A stretch of DNA of 62,354 nucleotides from Candidatus Methylomirabilia bacterium (lineage in GTDB: Bacteria; Methylomirabilota; Methylomirabilia; Rokubacteriales; CSP1-6): assembly GCA_041496385.1 (NCBI GenBank), contig JBGQEL010000016.1, positions 1 through 62,354 of the forward strand, in the 5' to 3' direction. How positions within the stretch are numbered: position 1 is the stretch's first letter; every line of letters begins with the position of its first letter. The notes under the pieces are model-generated. The model was not told the origin of the DNA. It did not search any database and saw only the letters and a program-made list of their open reading frames with translations. Positions 19,071-28,681 of this stretch are shown in pieces. The position numbers and the translations under genes are program-made.

Positions 19071-19393
19071 GCGACGCGCCGCGGAGCGTCTACGTGAACC
19101 CCGGCGAGCGCGCCTGGCAGGAGCGCCGGCCCGGCGTCCACTGGAAGATCCTGTGGGAAGAGGGCGACCGCAAGGCCGTCCTGATCCGCTACGATCCCGG
19201 CGCCACGATCCCCCGGCACCGCCATCTCGGCGACGAGCAGATCTTCGTGCTCGAAGGGAGCGTCTCCGACGACACCGGAACCTGTCCCACGGGCGGCTAC
19301 GCGCGCCGCCCCCCGGGCTGTGTCCACGCGGTGGAGAGCCCGGACGGGGCGCTGGTCCTCGCCGTCATGACGGGGGGCACCGAGCCCGCGTAA
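19067..19393 (+). CDS. Cupin domain protein (ChrR-like)
   Basis: PGATIPRHRHLGDEQIFVLEG and PPGCVH motifs. GTGA overlap with the upstream gene. Confidence 0.85.
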   Translation: MSDAPRSVYVNPGERAWQERRPGVHWKILWEEGDRKAVLIRYDPGATIPRHRHLGDEQIFVLEGSVSDDTGTCPTGGYARRPPGCVHAVESPDGALVLAVMTGGTEPA

Positions 19394-19397
19394 CGGG

Positions 19398-19426
19398 TTG
19401 CATCTGGACCCCAAAATCAATACCAT
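19398..19426 (+). promoter_or_regulatory. Sigma70-type promoter for a probably leaderless XRE regulator mRNA
   Basis: TTGCAT (19398-19403), 17-nt spacer, TACCAT (19421-19426). The ATG at 19434 follows after 7 nt with no SD. Confidence 0.65.
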
Positions 19427-19433
19427 GCGTCCC

Positions 19434-19787
19434 ATGACCGAACGCGCCGTCAAACACGTCAGGAAGTTCCTCGGGCAGCGCCTCCGCGCCCTCCGGAAAC
19501 AACGCCTCCTCAGCCAGGAGCGGCTCGGCGAGCGCTCCTCCCTCAGCGGGAAGTTCATCGGCGAGGTCGAGCGGGGCGAGAAGTCCATCTCCATGGACAG
19601 CCTCTATCGCGTCTCGGTGGCCCTCGAGGTCCCGATGCGCGATCTCACGGACGTCGGCGACAAGCACACGCCGATCCCGACGGAGGACGCCGAGAAGATC
19701 TTTGCCCTGGTATCCGGGCGACGGCGTCCGGAGGACATCCGCAAGGCCTACAACGTCTTGCGTGCGATGTTCAGCCGCGCCTCGTAG
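19434..19787 (+). CDS. XRE-family HTH transcriptional regulator
   Basis: LGQRLRALRKQRLLSQERLGERSSLSGKFIGEVERGEK HTH_3 pattern. Confidence 0.9.
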   Translation: MTERAVKHVRKFLGQRLRALRKQRLLSQERLGERSSLSGKFIGEVERGEKSISMDSLYRVSVALEVPMRDLTDVGDKHTPIPTEDAEKIFALVSGRRRPEDIRKAYNVLRAMFSRAS

Positions 19788-19871
19788 CGCCCGGCGCCGC
19801 GCGGTCCCGCTCCGGCCGTACACGCGCCCCCCCAACCGCCTCGCGCACGCGCGCGAGAGGGTAGAGGCACC

Positions 19872-20150
19872 ATGACCCACGACCAGATGTGGCTCGGTTT
19901 CGGCCTGCTCGGCCAGGCGTTCTTCTCCGGCCGCTTCCTTCTTCAGTGGATCGCCTCCGAGCGCGCCAGGAAGAGCGTCGTCCCCCGCGGCTTCTGGTTC
20001 TTCTCGGTGGGCGGAGGTCTCACGCTCCTGATCTACGCGATCTACCGCCAGGACCCCGTGTTCATCATCGGCCAGGGCGCGGGGCTCTTCGTGTACGGCC
20101 GTAACCTCTATCTCATCTACCGCCACCCCGACCGCCTCGCCCACACCTGA
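19872..20150 (+). CDS. Lipid A biosynthesis N-terminal (LAB_N) domain membrane protein
   Basis: GLLGQAFFSGRFLLQWIASE, FWFFS.GG, DPVFI.GQ, YGRNL motifs. Confidence 0.88.
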   Translation: MTHDQMWLGFGLLGQAFFSGRFLLQWIASERARKSVVPRGFWFFSVGGGLTLLIYAIYRQDPVFIIGQGAGLFVYGRNLYLIYRHPDRLAHT

Positions 20151-20187
20151 GCGGCCTCAGCTCAGGCGAATGATCACCAGGAAGAAA

Positions 20188-20297
20188 TGATAGGATCTGC
20201 AGCATTGGAACCTGGGAGGAGCGGAGCCGGATCGCTTCTCTCTCAGGCCACCCACGGTGGAACCGGTCTCACGGCCCCCGCTACAAAGGAGATGCCC
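20188..20297 (+). promoter_or_regulatory. Extended -10 and ~95-nt structured 5' leader
   Basis: TGaTAGGAT (20188-20196), hairpins at 20211-20247 and 20248-20260, AAAGGAG SD at 20285. Confidence 0.45.
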
Positions 20298-21518
20298 GTG
20301 TCCTCGACGATGAACTGGGCCCAGTGCCACACGCGTCCCGTGCTGATGATCCCCGGCCCCACCGAGCTCCCGTTCCCGGTCATCCAGGCGATGAACCAGC
20401 CGCCGACGATCCAGTACGACCGGCACTTCGACGAGCAGGTGCTCGAGCCCACGACCCTCGCGCTCCGCGAGGTCTTCCAGACCAAGGGCGAGGTCATCAT
20501 CATGCCGGGCTCCGGGCGGACCGCGCTCGAGGCGGGCTCGCTGAGCGTCATCGAGCCCGGCGACCGCGTGCTCGTGGTCGGCGCGGGGCAGTTCGGCAGC
20601 CTCATGCGCGAGATCATGAACCGCGTCGGCGCCGACTGGACCGAGTTCCCGGTGGAGTGGGGCGCGCGCCTCGACCTCGACCGCCTCGCGCGGGAAGTGG
20701 AGCGCGTCCGCCCGAAGGCGCTCACGCTCGTCCACAACGAGACCTCGACGGGCACGACCTACCCGGCCGCCGAGGTCGGGAAGCTCGCGCGCTCTGTCGG
20801 CGCGCTCTTCCTGCTCGATACCGTCTCGTCCATCGCGGGCCTGGACGTCCGCACCGACGAGTGGGGCGTCGACCTCAACATGACCGGCTCGCAGAAGTGC
20901 CTCGCGGCGCCGTTGGGCCTGGGGCTGGTCTCCGTGAGCCCGCGCGCGTGGGAGGCGATGGAGCGGCGGGGCAAGCCGGCGCGGAGCTACGCCTACGACC
21001 TTCTGCGCTGGAAGGAGCAGTGGATTCCCGTCTCGCGCGGCGGCAAGATCCCGGACGGCACGCCGCGCCGCCAACCCATCTCCATCCCGACGCACCTGAC
21101 CTCCGCGATGAGCGTCGCCGTGAGGCTCATCCTCGAGGAAGGCTTGCCCCACCGGTTCCGCCGCCACGCGATCGCCGCCGGCGCGCTACGCCGCGGCCTG
21201 GGCGCGATGGGCCTCGAGATGTTCCCCGATCCGACGATCGTGTCGAACACGGTCTCCTGCGTGAAGACGCCCAAGGGCATCGAGCCCGCGGCCGTGGTCG
21301 CGGGCATGCGCGACCGCTACGGCGTCCTCATCGGCACCGGACTCGACAAGAACCGCTCGACGACGCTCCGGATCGGCACGATGGGCATGACGGCAAGCCC
21401 GCTGTACGTGCTGCCGACGCTCTCGGCCCTCGAGCTTGCGCTCCGCGACCTCGGGCACAAGTGCGAGCCCGGTGCCGGCGTGGCGGCGGCGCAGGCCGCG
21501 TTCGCCGACGCCCCGTAG
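20298..21518 (+). CDS. Class V PLP aminotransferase (alanine/serine-glyoxylate aminotransferase-like)
   Basis: LMIPGPT, VHNETSTG, LDTVSS, GSQKCL (PLP Lys), RIGTMG motifs. Start chosen from the SD. Confidence 0.9.
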   Translation: MSSTMNWAQCHTRPVLMIPGPTELPFPVIQAMNQPPTIQYDRHFDEQVLEPTTLALREVFQTKGEVIIMPGSGRTALEAGSLSVIEPGDRVLVVGAGQFGSLMREIMNRVGADWTEFPVEWGARLDLDRLAREVERVRPKALTLVHNETSTGTTYPAAEVGKLARSVGALFLLDTVSSIAGLDVRTDEWGVDLNMTGSQKCLAAPLGLGLVSVSPRAWEAMERRGKPARSYAYDLLRWKEQWIPVSRGGKIPDGTPRRQPISIPTHLTSAMSVAVRLILEEGLPHRFRRHAIAAGALRRGLGAMGLEMFPDPTIVSNTVSCVKTPKGIEPAAVVAGMRDRYGVLIGTGLDKNRSTTLRIGTMGMTASPLYVLPTLSALELALRDLGHKCEPGAGVAAAQAAFADAP

Positions 21519-21523
21519 CGGCC

Positions 21524-22480
21524 GTGGCCGACCCCATCTTCGTCGTTCCCGACGACTTTCCGTCCGTCTTCCAGGACACGCCCGCGCACGAACGTCTGAA
21601 GAAGCTCGGCGAGACGCGCGTCCACACGCAGCGCGGCGCCGACGATCCGGAGGAGCTGATCAGGCGCATCGGCGGCGCCCGGTGCGTCGTCAACATCCGG
21701 GCCCACGCGCGCTTCACCGAGCAGGTCTTCGCCGCGTGCCGGGCGCTCACGCTCGTCTCGATCTGGGGCACCGGCACCGACAACATCGATCTCGACGCCG
21801 CGGGCCGCCGCGGCATCACCGTGACCAACACGCCGGGCGTCAACGCCTTCGCCGTGGCCGAGCACACGCTGGCGCTCATGCTGGCCGTGGGGCGCAAGAT
21901 CCCGAGGATCGACCGCGAGATGCGCGGCGGCGCCTGGCCGCGCGAGATGCTGACCCAGCTCCTCGGCAGGACGCTCGCCGTCTTCGGCACCGGCAAGATC
22001 GGCGCGCGCGTCGCCGAGCTGGGCCGCGCCTTCGGCATGGAGGTCCGCACGTGGAGCGCGCGGGGCGGCACGGGCGCCGCGAAGGACGAGCTCCTGAAAT
22101 CGGCCGACGTCGTCTCGCTCCACCTGCGGCTGGCGCCGGAGACGCGCGGCTTCCTCGGTCGCCGCGAGCTGACGCTCATGAAGAAGAGCGCGTTCCTCGT
22201 CAACACGGGCCGGGGCGCGCTCGTGGAGCGCGAGGCGCTCCTCGACACGCTCGGCCAGGGCCGGATCGCGGGCGCCGGCCTCGACGTCTTCCACGACGAG
22301 CCGATCAAGCCCGGCGACCCCATCCTCGCGCTTCCGAACGTCGTCCTGTCGCCGCACAACGCGGGACAGACGCCGGAGGTCGTCCGCGACGGCCTCTTGC
22401 GCGCGGTGGAGAACGTCGAGAACTTCCTCAACGGGCAGCCGACCGACGTCGTCGTCGCGCCGGTCAAGCCGGGCGCGTGA
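21524..22480 (+). CDS. D-isomer-specific 2-hydroxyacid dehydrogenase (SerA/HPR-like)
   Basis: GTGTDNID, VAEH, GTGKIG, VNTGRG, GLDVFHDEP, LSPH motifs. Confidence 0.9.
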   Translation: MADPIFVVPDDFPSVFQDTPAHERLKKLGETRVHTQRGADDPEELIRRIGGARCVVNIRAHARFTEQVFAACRALTLVSIWGTGTDNIDLDAAGRRGITVTNTPGVNAFAVAEHTLALMLAVGRKIPRIDREMRGGAWPREMLTQLLGRTLAVFGTGKIGARVAELGRAFGMEVRTWSARGGTGAAKDELLKSADVVSLHLRLAPETRGFLGRRELTLMKKSAFLVNTGRGALVEREALLDTLGQGRIAGAGLDVFHDEPIKPGDPILALPNVVLSPHNAGQTPEVVRDGLLRAVENVENFLNGQPTDVVVAPVKPGA

Positions 22481-22505
22481 ATCCATGAGGCGCGAGGGCT
22501 AGCCG

Positions 22506-24464
22506 GTGGCCGTCACGGGGCTCGAGGTCCAGCGTCGCGAGGTCGTGATCGAGGGCCGTCCGTTCGGCGCCGCCGGCGCGTACGAGAAGGTCGTCGGCGT
22601 CCTCCGCTTCGCCGTCGATCCGGCGAACCAGGCCAACGCCGAGATCACCGACCTCGCGCTGGCGCCCCGCACCGCGCGCGGGCTGGTCGAGGTGTCCGCC
22701 GACTTTCACCTCCTGAAGCCCGTGGATGCGCGAAAGGCCAATCGCCGCCTGCTCCTCGACGTCGCCAACCGCGGCCGCAAGGTGGCGCTCGGCATGTTCA
22801 ACAGCGCGGTCCGCGTGCCGGATCCGTCGGCGCCCGAGGACTTCGGGAACGGCTTCCTCATGCGCTGGGGCTGGACCGTCGCGTGGGTCGGCTGGCAACC
22901 CGACGTGCCGCGACAGGACGGGCTCATGGCCCTCAGCGTCCCCGCGGCGCGCGGGACGTCGGGCCCGATCGGCGGGCCGGTACGTTGCGAGTGGCGGCCG
23001 AACGTCCTGACCGGCGTGCTGCCGCTCGCCGACCGCTACCACGTCCCGCACCCGGCCGCGGATCTCGACGACCCCGACGCGCGCCTGACCGTGCGCGAGC
23101 AGAACTGCGCGCCGGCCGTGGCGATCGCGCGGACCGCGTGGCGCTTCCCGGACGCCTCGCACATCGCGCTGACCGGCGGGTTCGGGCCGGGGAAGATCTA
23201 CGAGCTCGTCTATCGCGCGGAGAACCCGCCGGTGGTCGGGCTCGGGCTGCTCGCCGTCCGCGACACCGCCGCGTGGCTCAGGACGGGCTCCGCCGCCGAG
23301 GGCAATCCGTGCGCCGGCTCGCTCGAGCTCGCCTACGCCTTCGGCGTCTCGCAGAGCGGGCGCTTCCTTCGCCACTTCCTGTGGCTCGGGCTCAACGAGG
23401 ACGAGGCGGGGCGGCGCGTGTTCGACGCCGTCGTGCCCCACGTCGCCGGCGCGCGGCGGGGCGAGTTCAATCATCGCTTCGGCCAGCCCTCGCTCAACGC
23501 GACGCACGCGGTCGGGAGCCTCTTCCCCTTCACCGACGGCGAGCAGTCGGACCCGCTGACGGGTGAGCGCGGCGCGCTGCTGGCGCGCCTCGAGGAACGG
23601 GGAACGCTGCCGAAGATCCTCACGATCAACACGTCGGCGGAGTACTGGCGGGGCGACGCCTCGCTCGTGCACACCGACGTCGAGGCCAGGCGCGACGTGG
23701 AGGCGCATCCCGCCGCGCGGGTCTACCTGTTCGCCGGCACGCAGCACACGCCGGGCGCGCTGGCGCCCCCCGACGCCGATCCGAACACGGGCGGGCGCGG
23801 GCTGCAGCCGTTCAACGTCGTCGACTACGCGCCGCTCCTGCGCGCGGCGCTCGTGAACCTCGACCGTTGGGTCAGCCAGGGGCTCGAGCCGCCGCCGAGC
23901 GCGGTCCCGCGCCTGGCCGATCGCACGGCGACGCCGGCCGAGGCGACGGCGGGGGCGTTCCGGGCGATCCCGCGCGTGCGGTTCCCCGACCGGGTCGAGC
24001 GGCCGGTGCGTCTGGACTTCGGGCCCGAGCTCGCGCGCGGCATCATCGGCGATCTGCCCCCGAAGGTCGGCGCCCCGTTCGCGACGCTCGTGTCGGCGGT
24101 GGACCGGGACGGCAACGAGATCGCCGGCGTCCGGCCGGTCGAGCTGCTGGTCCCGCTCGCGACGTTCACCGGCTGGAACCCGCGGCACCCCGAGCAGGGC
24201 GCGCCGGGTGACCTCATGAGCATGATGGGCTCGACGCTCCCGTTCGCGCGCACCCGCGCCGAGCGCGAGGCGGGCGGCGATCCGCGGCGGGCGATCGAGG
24301 AGCGCTACGCCTCCCGGGCGGCGTACCTGGAACGGGTCCGCGCGGCGGCCATGGCGCTCGTGGCCGCGCGCCACATGCTCGACGAGGACGTGGACGCCGC
24401 CGTCGAGCGCGCCGGGCGGCTCTGGGACTGGATCGACGCCAGGACGCCTCGGGCGACGCGTTGA
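22506..24464 (+). CDS. Large alpha/beta-hydrolase-domain protein of unknown substrate
   Basis: FG.AGAYE, VANRG, GWQPD, LGLLAVRD, GVSQSGRFLR, EYW, GTQH, DGNE.AG motifs. Confidence 0.8.
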   Translation: MAVTGLEVQRREVVIEGRPFGAAGAYEKVVGVLRFAVDPANQANAEITDLALAPRTARGLVEVSADFHLLKPVDARKANRRLLLDVANRGRKVALGMFNSAVRVPDPSAPEDFGNGFLMRWGWTVAWVGWQPDVPRQDGLMALSVPAARGTSGPIGGPVRCEWRPNVLTGVLPLADRYHVPHPAADLDDPDARLTVREQNCAPAVAIARTAWRFPDASHIALTGGFGPGKIYELVYRAENPPVVGLGLLAVRDTAAWLRTGSAAEGNPCAGSLELAYAFGVSQSGRFLRHFLWLGLNEDEAGRRVFDAVVPHVAGARRGEFNHRFGQPSLNATHAVGSLFPFTDGEQSDPLTGERGALLARLEERGTLPKILTINTSAEYWRGDASLVHTDVEARRDVEAHPAARVYLFAGTQHTPGALAPPDADPNTGGRGLQPFNVVDYAPLLRAALVNLDRWVSQGLEPPPSAVPRLADRTATPAEATAGAFRAIPRVRFPDRVERPVRLDFGPELARGIIGDLPPKVGAPFATLVSAVDRDGNEIAGVRPVELLVPLATFTGWNPRHPEQGAPGDLMSMMGSTLPFARTRAEREAGGDPRRAIEERYASRAAYLERVRAAAMALVAARHMLDEDVDAAVERAGRLWDWIDARTPRATR

Positions 24465-24931
24465 TCGGCTGCACCTTCGAGAGCGGGTCGCGCGCGGCCC
24501 TGCGACACGTCGTCGTCCACGCGCTCGTGGAGCGGAACGGCGCCCTCCTGCTCGTCCGGCGCGCCGGACATCTTCTCGAAGGCGGGAAATGGGGATTGCC
24601 CGGCGGATTCCTGGACCGGGACGAGACGCTGAGCGCGGGCGTGCTGCGCGAGCTTCACGAGGAGACCGGCTGGGACGGGCGCGTGGTCGGCCTGCTGCGC
24701 GTGAATTCCCGACCCGACCGGCCCGGCGAGGATCGACAGAACGTCGCGTTCGACTTCGTCATAGCGCCGCTCGAGAAGACGGGAGCGCCCGACGCGGAGT
24801 CCTCCGCGGTCGAGTGGTTCCCGATCGAGCGGCTGCCGGATCTCGACGACCTGGCGTTCGACCACGGCGACACGATCCGGGCCTATCTCGACTCGCGGCG
24901 CGGCCCGATCACCGCGCCGACGCTCCTCTAG
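24461..24931 (+). CDS. NUDIX hydrolase
   Basis: WGLPGGFLDRDETLSAGVLRELHEETG Nudix box and AFDH. TTGA overlap with the upstream gene. Confidence 0.9.
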   Translation: MIGCTFESGSRAALRHVVVHALVERNGALLLVRRAGHLLEGGKWGLPGGFLDRDETLSAGVLRELHEETGWDGRVVGLLRVNSRPDRPGEDRQNVAFDFVIAPLEKTGAPDAESSAVEWFPIERLPDLDDLAFDHGDTIRAYLDSRRGPITAPTLL

Positions 24932-25823
24932 CCGTCGATCGCGCGGCGCCGCCGCCGCCCTGCCCGCGATACCATTCGTAGATCTCTTCGCCGGTCGTGA
25001 GCCAGACACCCTTGTGCTTCTTGATGTAGTCGTACGCGGCCTCGAGGTACTTGATCCGGTGCGGGACGCCGTGGATGTAGGGATGGACGGCGAGCGCCAT
25101 CACGCGCCCGCTCGCGGCGCCCTCGAGGTACAGCCGGTCGAACTGGTCCCGGACGCGCTGGAGCCAGTAGCCCGACTCCTGGTGCTGGATGACCATCATC
25201 GCGATGTCGTTCAGCTCGAGCGTGTACGGCACCGAGACGATCGGCCCAGCGCTGGTGCGGATCGCGTAGGGCTGGTCGTCGTTGACCCAGTCCGAGACGT
25301 ACTCGATCCCTTCCTCGGCCAGAATATCGAGCGTCTCCCACGTCTCCGTGAGCCCCGGGCCCAGCCAGCCCTTCGGCTTCCTGCCCGTGAAGTCCCGCAG
25401 CAGCGTGACGGCCTCGCGCACGGCCGCGCGCTGGTCCGGCAGGAGGTGCATCGCGCCCTGCTTCACCCCGTGTCCCATGAACTCCCAGCCCGCGTCGAGC
25501 ATCGCGCGCGCCACCGGCTCGTACGACCGGCAGACGCTGGCGTTGATCGCCGTCGTCGCGGGAATCCGGCGCTTCCGCAGCGCCTCGAACATGCGCCAGA
25601 ACCCGACGCGCATGCCGTAGTCGTGCCACGCCCAGTTGGGCACGTCGGGCACGGTCTGGACGCCCTGCGGGGCCGTGAGGTACTGGCGCGCCACCGGCTT
25701 CTCGATGTCCCACTCCTCGATGTTCACGATGGTCCACACGGCGACGCGCGCGCCCTTGGGCAGCTTCCAGGGACGGCGCGCGGTGATGGGCGAGTAGTCG
25801 AAACGCTCGTGCGGCAATCTCAC
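24909..25823 (-). CDS. Polysaccharide deacetylase family protein (PuuE/allantoinase-like)
   Basis: NIEEW, DYGMRVGFWR, EFMGHG, GWLGPGL, DDQPY, HPYI.GVPHR motifs. AAGGAGG SD. Confidence 0.88.
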   Translation of the reverse strand: MRLPHERFDYSPITARRPWKLPKGARVAVWTIVNIEEWDIEKPVARQYLTAPQGVQTVPDVPNWAWHDYGMRVGFWRMFEALRKRRIPATTAINASVCRSYEPVARAMLDAGWEFMGHGVKQGAMHLLPDQRAAVREAVTLLRDFTGRKPKGWLGPGLTETWETLDILAEEGIEYVSDWVNDDQPYAIRTSAGPIVSVPYTLELNDIAMMVIQHQESGYWLQRVRDQFDRLYLEGAASGRVMALAVHPYIHGVPHRIKYLEAAYDYIKKHKGVWLTTGEEIYEWYRGQGGGGAARSTARGASAR

Positions 25824-25881
25824 GGAAGCCTCCTTGGACCCTGTGCCAGCAGCGGGTGCGCCTAGTGTACAATCCCCACCC

Positions 25882-26883
25882 GTGACCCCGCCCCGCGCGA
25901 TCGACATTCACGCGCACTTCTTTCCCGAAGCCTTCCTCGCGGTCATCGACGCCGAGGGCGCGCCCTTCGGCGCGCGCGTGGATCGCTCCAACCCCAAGGG
26001 CCCGGCCATCGTCGCCAGCGGCGGCAGCGGACCGCCGCTCGACGCGACCTACTGGGACCTGGACCGTCGCGTCCGGGCGATGAACCGTGCGGGCGTCGAG
26101 CTCCACGCGCTCTCGCTCACGGTGCCGATGACGCACTGGGCGCGGGGCGAGGCCGCCGCGCGCGCGGCGCGGGCGGTGAACGACGCCATGGCGGAGGCGC
26201 ATCGCGCCCATCCCGACCGCTTCGTCGGATGCGCGACGCTGCCGCTGCAGGAGCCGGCGCTCGCGCTGGCCGAGCTCGAGCGCGCGGCGACGCTGCCGGG
26301 GATCCGCGGCGTCTACCTCGGGACCAACGTGAACGGGCGCGAGCTGTCCGATCCGGCCTTCGACCCGATCTTCGCCCGCTGCGCCGCGCTGCGGCTGCCC
26401 GTCCTGCTCCATCCGCTCTCCGTCGTCGGCGTCGAGCGGCTCCGGCCCTTCTATCTCGGCAACCTGCTCGGCAACCCGTTCGATACGGCGATCGCCGCCG
26501 CCCACCTCGTCTTCGGCGGCGTGCTCGATCGCCATCCGAAGCTCCAGGTCTGTCTCCCGCACGCCGGCGGCGCGCTGCCGTATCTCTACGGCCGGCTCCG
26601 CCACGGGCAGCGCGTCCGTCCCGAGGCCCGGCGCGGCGCGCGGCACTCCTTCGAACGCTACCTGCGCCGCTTCACGTACGACACGATCAGCCACTCCGCG
26701 GGGGCGCTGCGCTACCTCATCGCCACCGTCGGCGCCGATCGCGTGATGCTCGGCAGCGACTACTGCTTCGACATGGGCTACGGGCGGCCGCGCGACATCA
26801 TCACCAAGGGCGCGCGGCTCTCGAAGGCCGATCAGGCGAGGGTCCTCGGGGGAAACGCCCTGCGCCTCCTCGGGCTGCGGTGA
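25882..26883 (+). CDS. Amidohydrolase_2 family protein (ACMSD-like decarboxylase/hydrolase)
   Basis: IDIHAH, LLHP, LGNPFDT, HAGG, VMLGSDY motifs. Confidence 0.9.
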   Translation: MTPPRAIDIHAHFFPEAFLAVIDAEGAPFGARVDRSNPKGPAIVASGGSGPPLDATYWDLDRRVRAMNRAGVELHALSLTVPMTHWARGEAAARAARAVNDAMAEAHRAHPDRFVGCATLPLQEPALALAELERAATLPGIRGVYLGTNVNGRELSDPAFDPIFARCAALRLPVLLHPLSVVGVERLRPFYLGNLLGNPFDTAIAAAHLVFGGVLDRHPKLQVCLPHAGGALPYLYGRLRHGQRVRPEARRGARHSFERYLRRFTYDTISHSAGALRYLIATVGADRVMLGSDYCFDMGYGRPRDIITKGARLSKADQARVLGGNALRLLGLR

Positions 26884-27740
26884 CCGCGGAGTTCTGGATC
26901 ACGCAGGCCTTCAACGGCCTCTCGTACGGCGCGCTCTTGTTTCTGCTCGGCAGCGGGCTGTCCCTGATCTTCGGCGTCATGCGCATCGTCAACCTCGCCC
27001 ACGGCTCCTACTTCATGCTCGGCGGCTACGTCGGCCTCTCCACCGTCTGGCGCACCGGGAGCTTCGCGGCGGCGCTCGGCGCGGGCGCCCTCGCGATCGC
27101 GCTCGTGGGCGTCGGGATGGAGCGCTTCTTTCTCCGCCGCCTGCCCGGCCAGACGCTCGGCCAGGTGCTGATGACCGTCGGCTTCGCCCTCATGTTCCAG
27201 GACATCGCGCTCCTGGTCTGGGGCGGCGATCCCTACTCGATCCCCGTGCCCGCGGCGCTCCAGGGCGTCGTCTTGGTGGGCGCGCTCCGCTTCCCCGCGT
27301 ACCGCCTCTTCATCATCGGCGTCGCGATCCTCGTGGGCGCCGCGCTCTGGCTCGTCCTCGACAAGACGCGGGTCGGCGCGATGATCCGCGCGGCGGTGGA
27401 CGATCGCGAGATGGCGCAGGGCGTCGGGATCCGCGTGCCAGCCGTCTCGATGGGCGTCTTCGCGCTCGGCGCGGCCCTCGCCGCACTCGGGGGCGTGATC
27501 GGAGGCGGCTTTCTCGGCGTCTACCCGGGCGCCGACTTCGAGGTGCTGCCGTACGCCTTCGTCGTCGTGATCGTCGGCGGGCTGGGGAGCCTCCCGGGCG
27601 CGATGGTCGGCAGCCTCCTGGTCGGCCTTCTCGACAACTTCGGCAAGGCGCTGTTCCCCGAGCTGTCCTACTTCACGCTCTTCGCGCCGATGGCCCTCAT
27701 CCTCGCCCTCAAGCCCACGGGGCTCTTCGGCCGCGCGTGA
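26880..27740 (+). CDS. Branched-chain amino acid-type ABC permease (LivH-like)
   Basis: GLSLIFGVMRIVNLAHG, IRA, VIVGGLGS, KPTGLFG motifs. Confidence 0.92.
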   Translation: MTAEFWITQAFNGLSYGALLFLLGSGLSLIFGVMRIVNLAHGSYFMLGGYVGLSTVWRTGSFAAALGAGALAIALVGVGMERFFLRRLPGQTLGQVLMTVGFALMFQDIALLVWGGDPYSIPVPAALQGVVLVGALRFPAYRLFIIGVAILVGAALWLVLDKTRVGAMIRAAVDDREMAQGVGIRVPAVSMGVFALGAALAALGGVIGGGFLGVYPGADFEVLPYAFVVVIVGGLGSLPGAMVGSLLVGLLDNFGKALFPELSYFTLFAPMALILALKPTGLFGRA

Positions 27741-28666
27741 CGATCGACGGGAAGATCGTCGCGGGCGCCGGCGCCCTCGTCGCGGCCGCGGCGGCCGCGC
27801 CGTTCCTGCCCTCGTATCCGCTCACGCTCCTCACGCAGGCGGTGATCGTCGCGATCCTCGCGATGAGCCTCGACGTGCTCCTGGGCTACACGGGGCTGGC
27901 CTCGCTCGGCCATGCCGCGTACTTCGGCATCGGCGCGTACACCGTCGGCATCCTCGCCACCGAGCGCCAGGCGGGACTCGCGGTCTGCCTGCTCGTCGCC
28001 CTCCTCCTCTCGACGGCGACGGCGGCGGTGTTCGGCCTGCTCGCGATCCGAGCGACGGGCACCTACTTCCTCATGATTACGCTGGCCCTCGGCATGGTCG
28101 TCTGGGGCCTCGCCTTCCGGTGGGTCTCGATGACGAAGGGCGACAACGGGATCGCCGGCGTGCCGCGGCCCGAGCTGCCGCTGCCGTGGAGCCTGGGGGC
28201 GCCGCTCCCGTTCTTCTACTTCGCGCTTGTCGCGGCGGCGCTCGCCTGGGCGGCGATGGGGATCCTCGTGCGCTCGCCCTTCGGCCTCGGCCTCAAGGGG
28301 ATCCGCGAGAGCGAGTCGCGCATGCGCGTCCTCGGCTACAACGTCTGGCTCCACAAGTATCTCGCCTTCGTGATCTCGGGCTTCTTCGCCGGGTTCGCGG
28401 GCGTGCTCTGGGCCTACTACAACGGCTTCGTCGGACCCGTGGACGTCCAGCTCGTCACGTCGGTCGAGACGCTCCTGATGGTCGCGCTGGGGGGCCCGGG
28501 GACTCTGGCGGGCGGCGCGCTCGGCGCCGCCGCGATCGTCTTCATGAAGAACTTCGTCAGCGTGTACACGAAGCGCTGGCTCCTCATCCTGGGGGCCGTC
28601 TACATCGGCGTCATCCTGTTCGCCCCGCGCGGTGTCCTGGGCGCGTTCGGGCGGAACCGCCGGTGA
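27737..28666 (+). CDS. Branched-chain amino acid-type ABC permease (LivM-like)
   Basis: LLGYTGLASLGHAAYFGIGAY, YFLMITLA, SPFG...GIRE motifs. Confidence 0.92.
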   Translation: MTIDGKIVAGAGALVAAAAAAPFLPSYPLTLLTQAVIVAILAMSLDVLLGYTGLASLGHAAYFGIGAYTVGILATERQAGLAVCLLVALLLSTATAAVFGLLAIRATGTYFLMITLALGMVVWGLAFRWVSMTKGDNGIAGVPRPELPLPWSLGAPLPFFYFALVAAALAWAAMGILVRSPFGLGLKGIRESESRMRVLGYNVWLHKYLAFVISGFFAGFAGVLWAYYNGFVGPVDVQLVTSVETLLMVALGGPGTLAGGALGAAAIVFMKNFVSVYTKRWLLILGAVYIGVILFAPRGVLGAFGRNRR

Positions 28667-28681
28667 CCGGAAACCACGGCG

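Noticed and set aside
20200..20290. Canonical glycine riboswitch call
   Set aside because: Only CTCTCAGG matches and the other conserved elements were not found, so it is kept as an unassigned structured leader.
22040..22095. Possible in-frame deletion in the 2-hydroxyacid dehydrogenase (WSARGGTGAAKDELL looks short)
   Set aside because: This loop varies in length in the family and all catalytic motifs are intact. It cannot be supported without an alignment.
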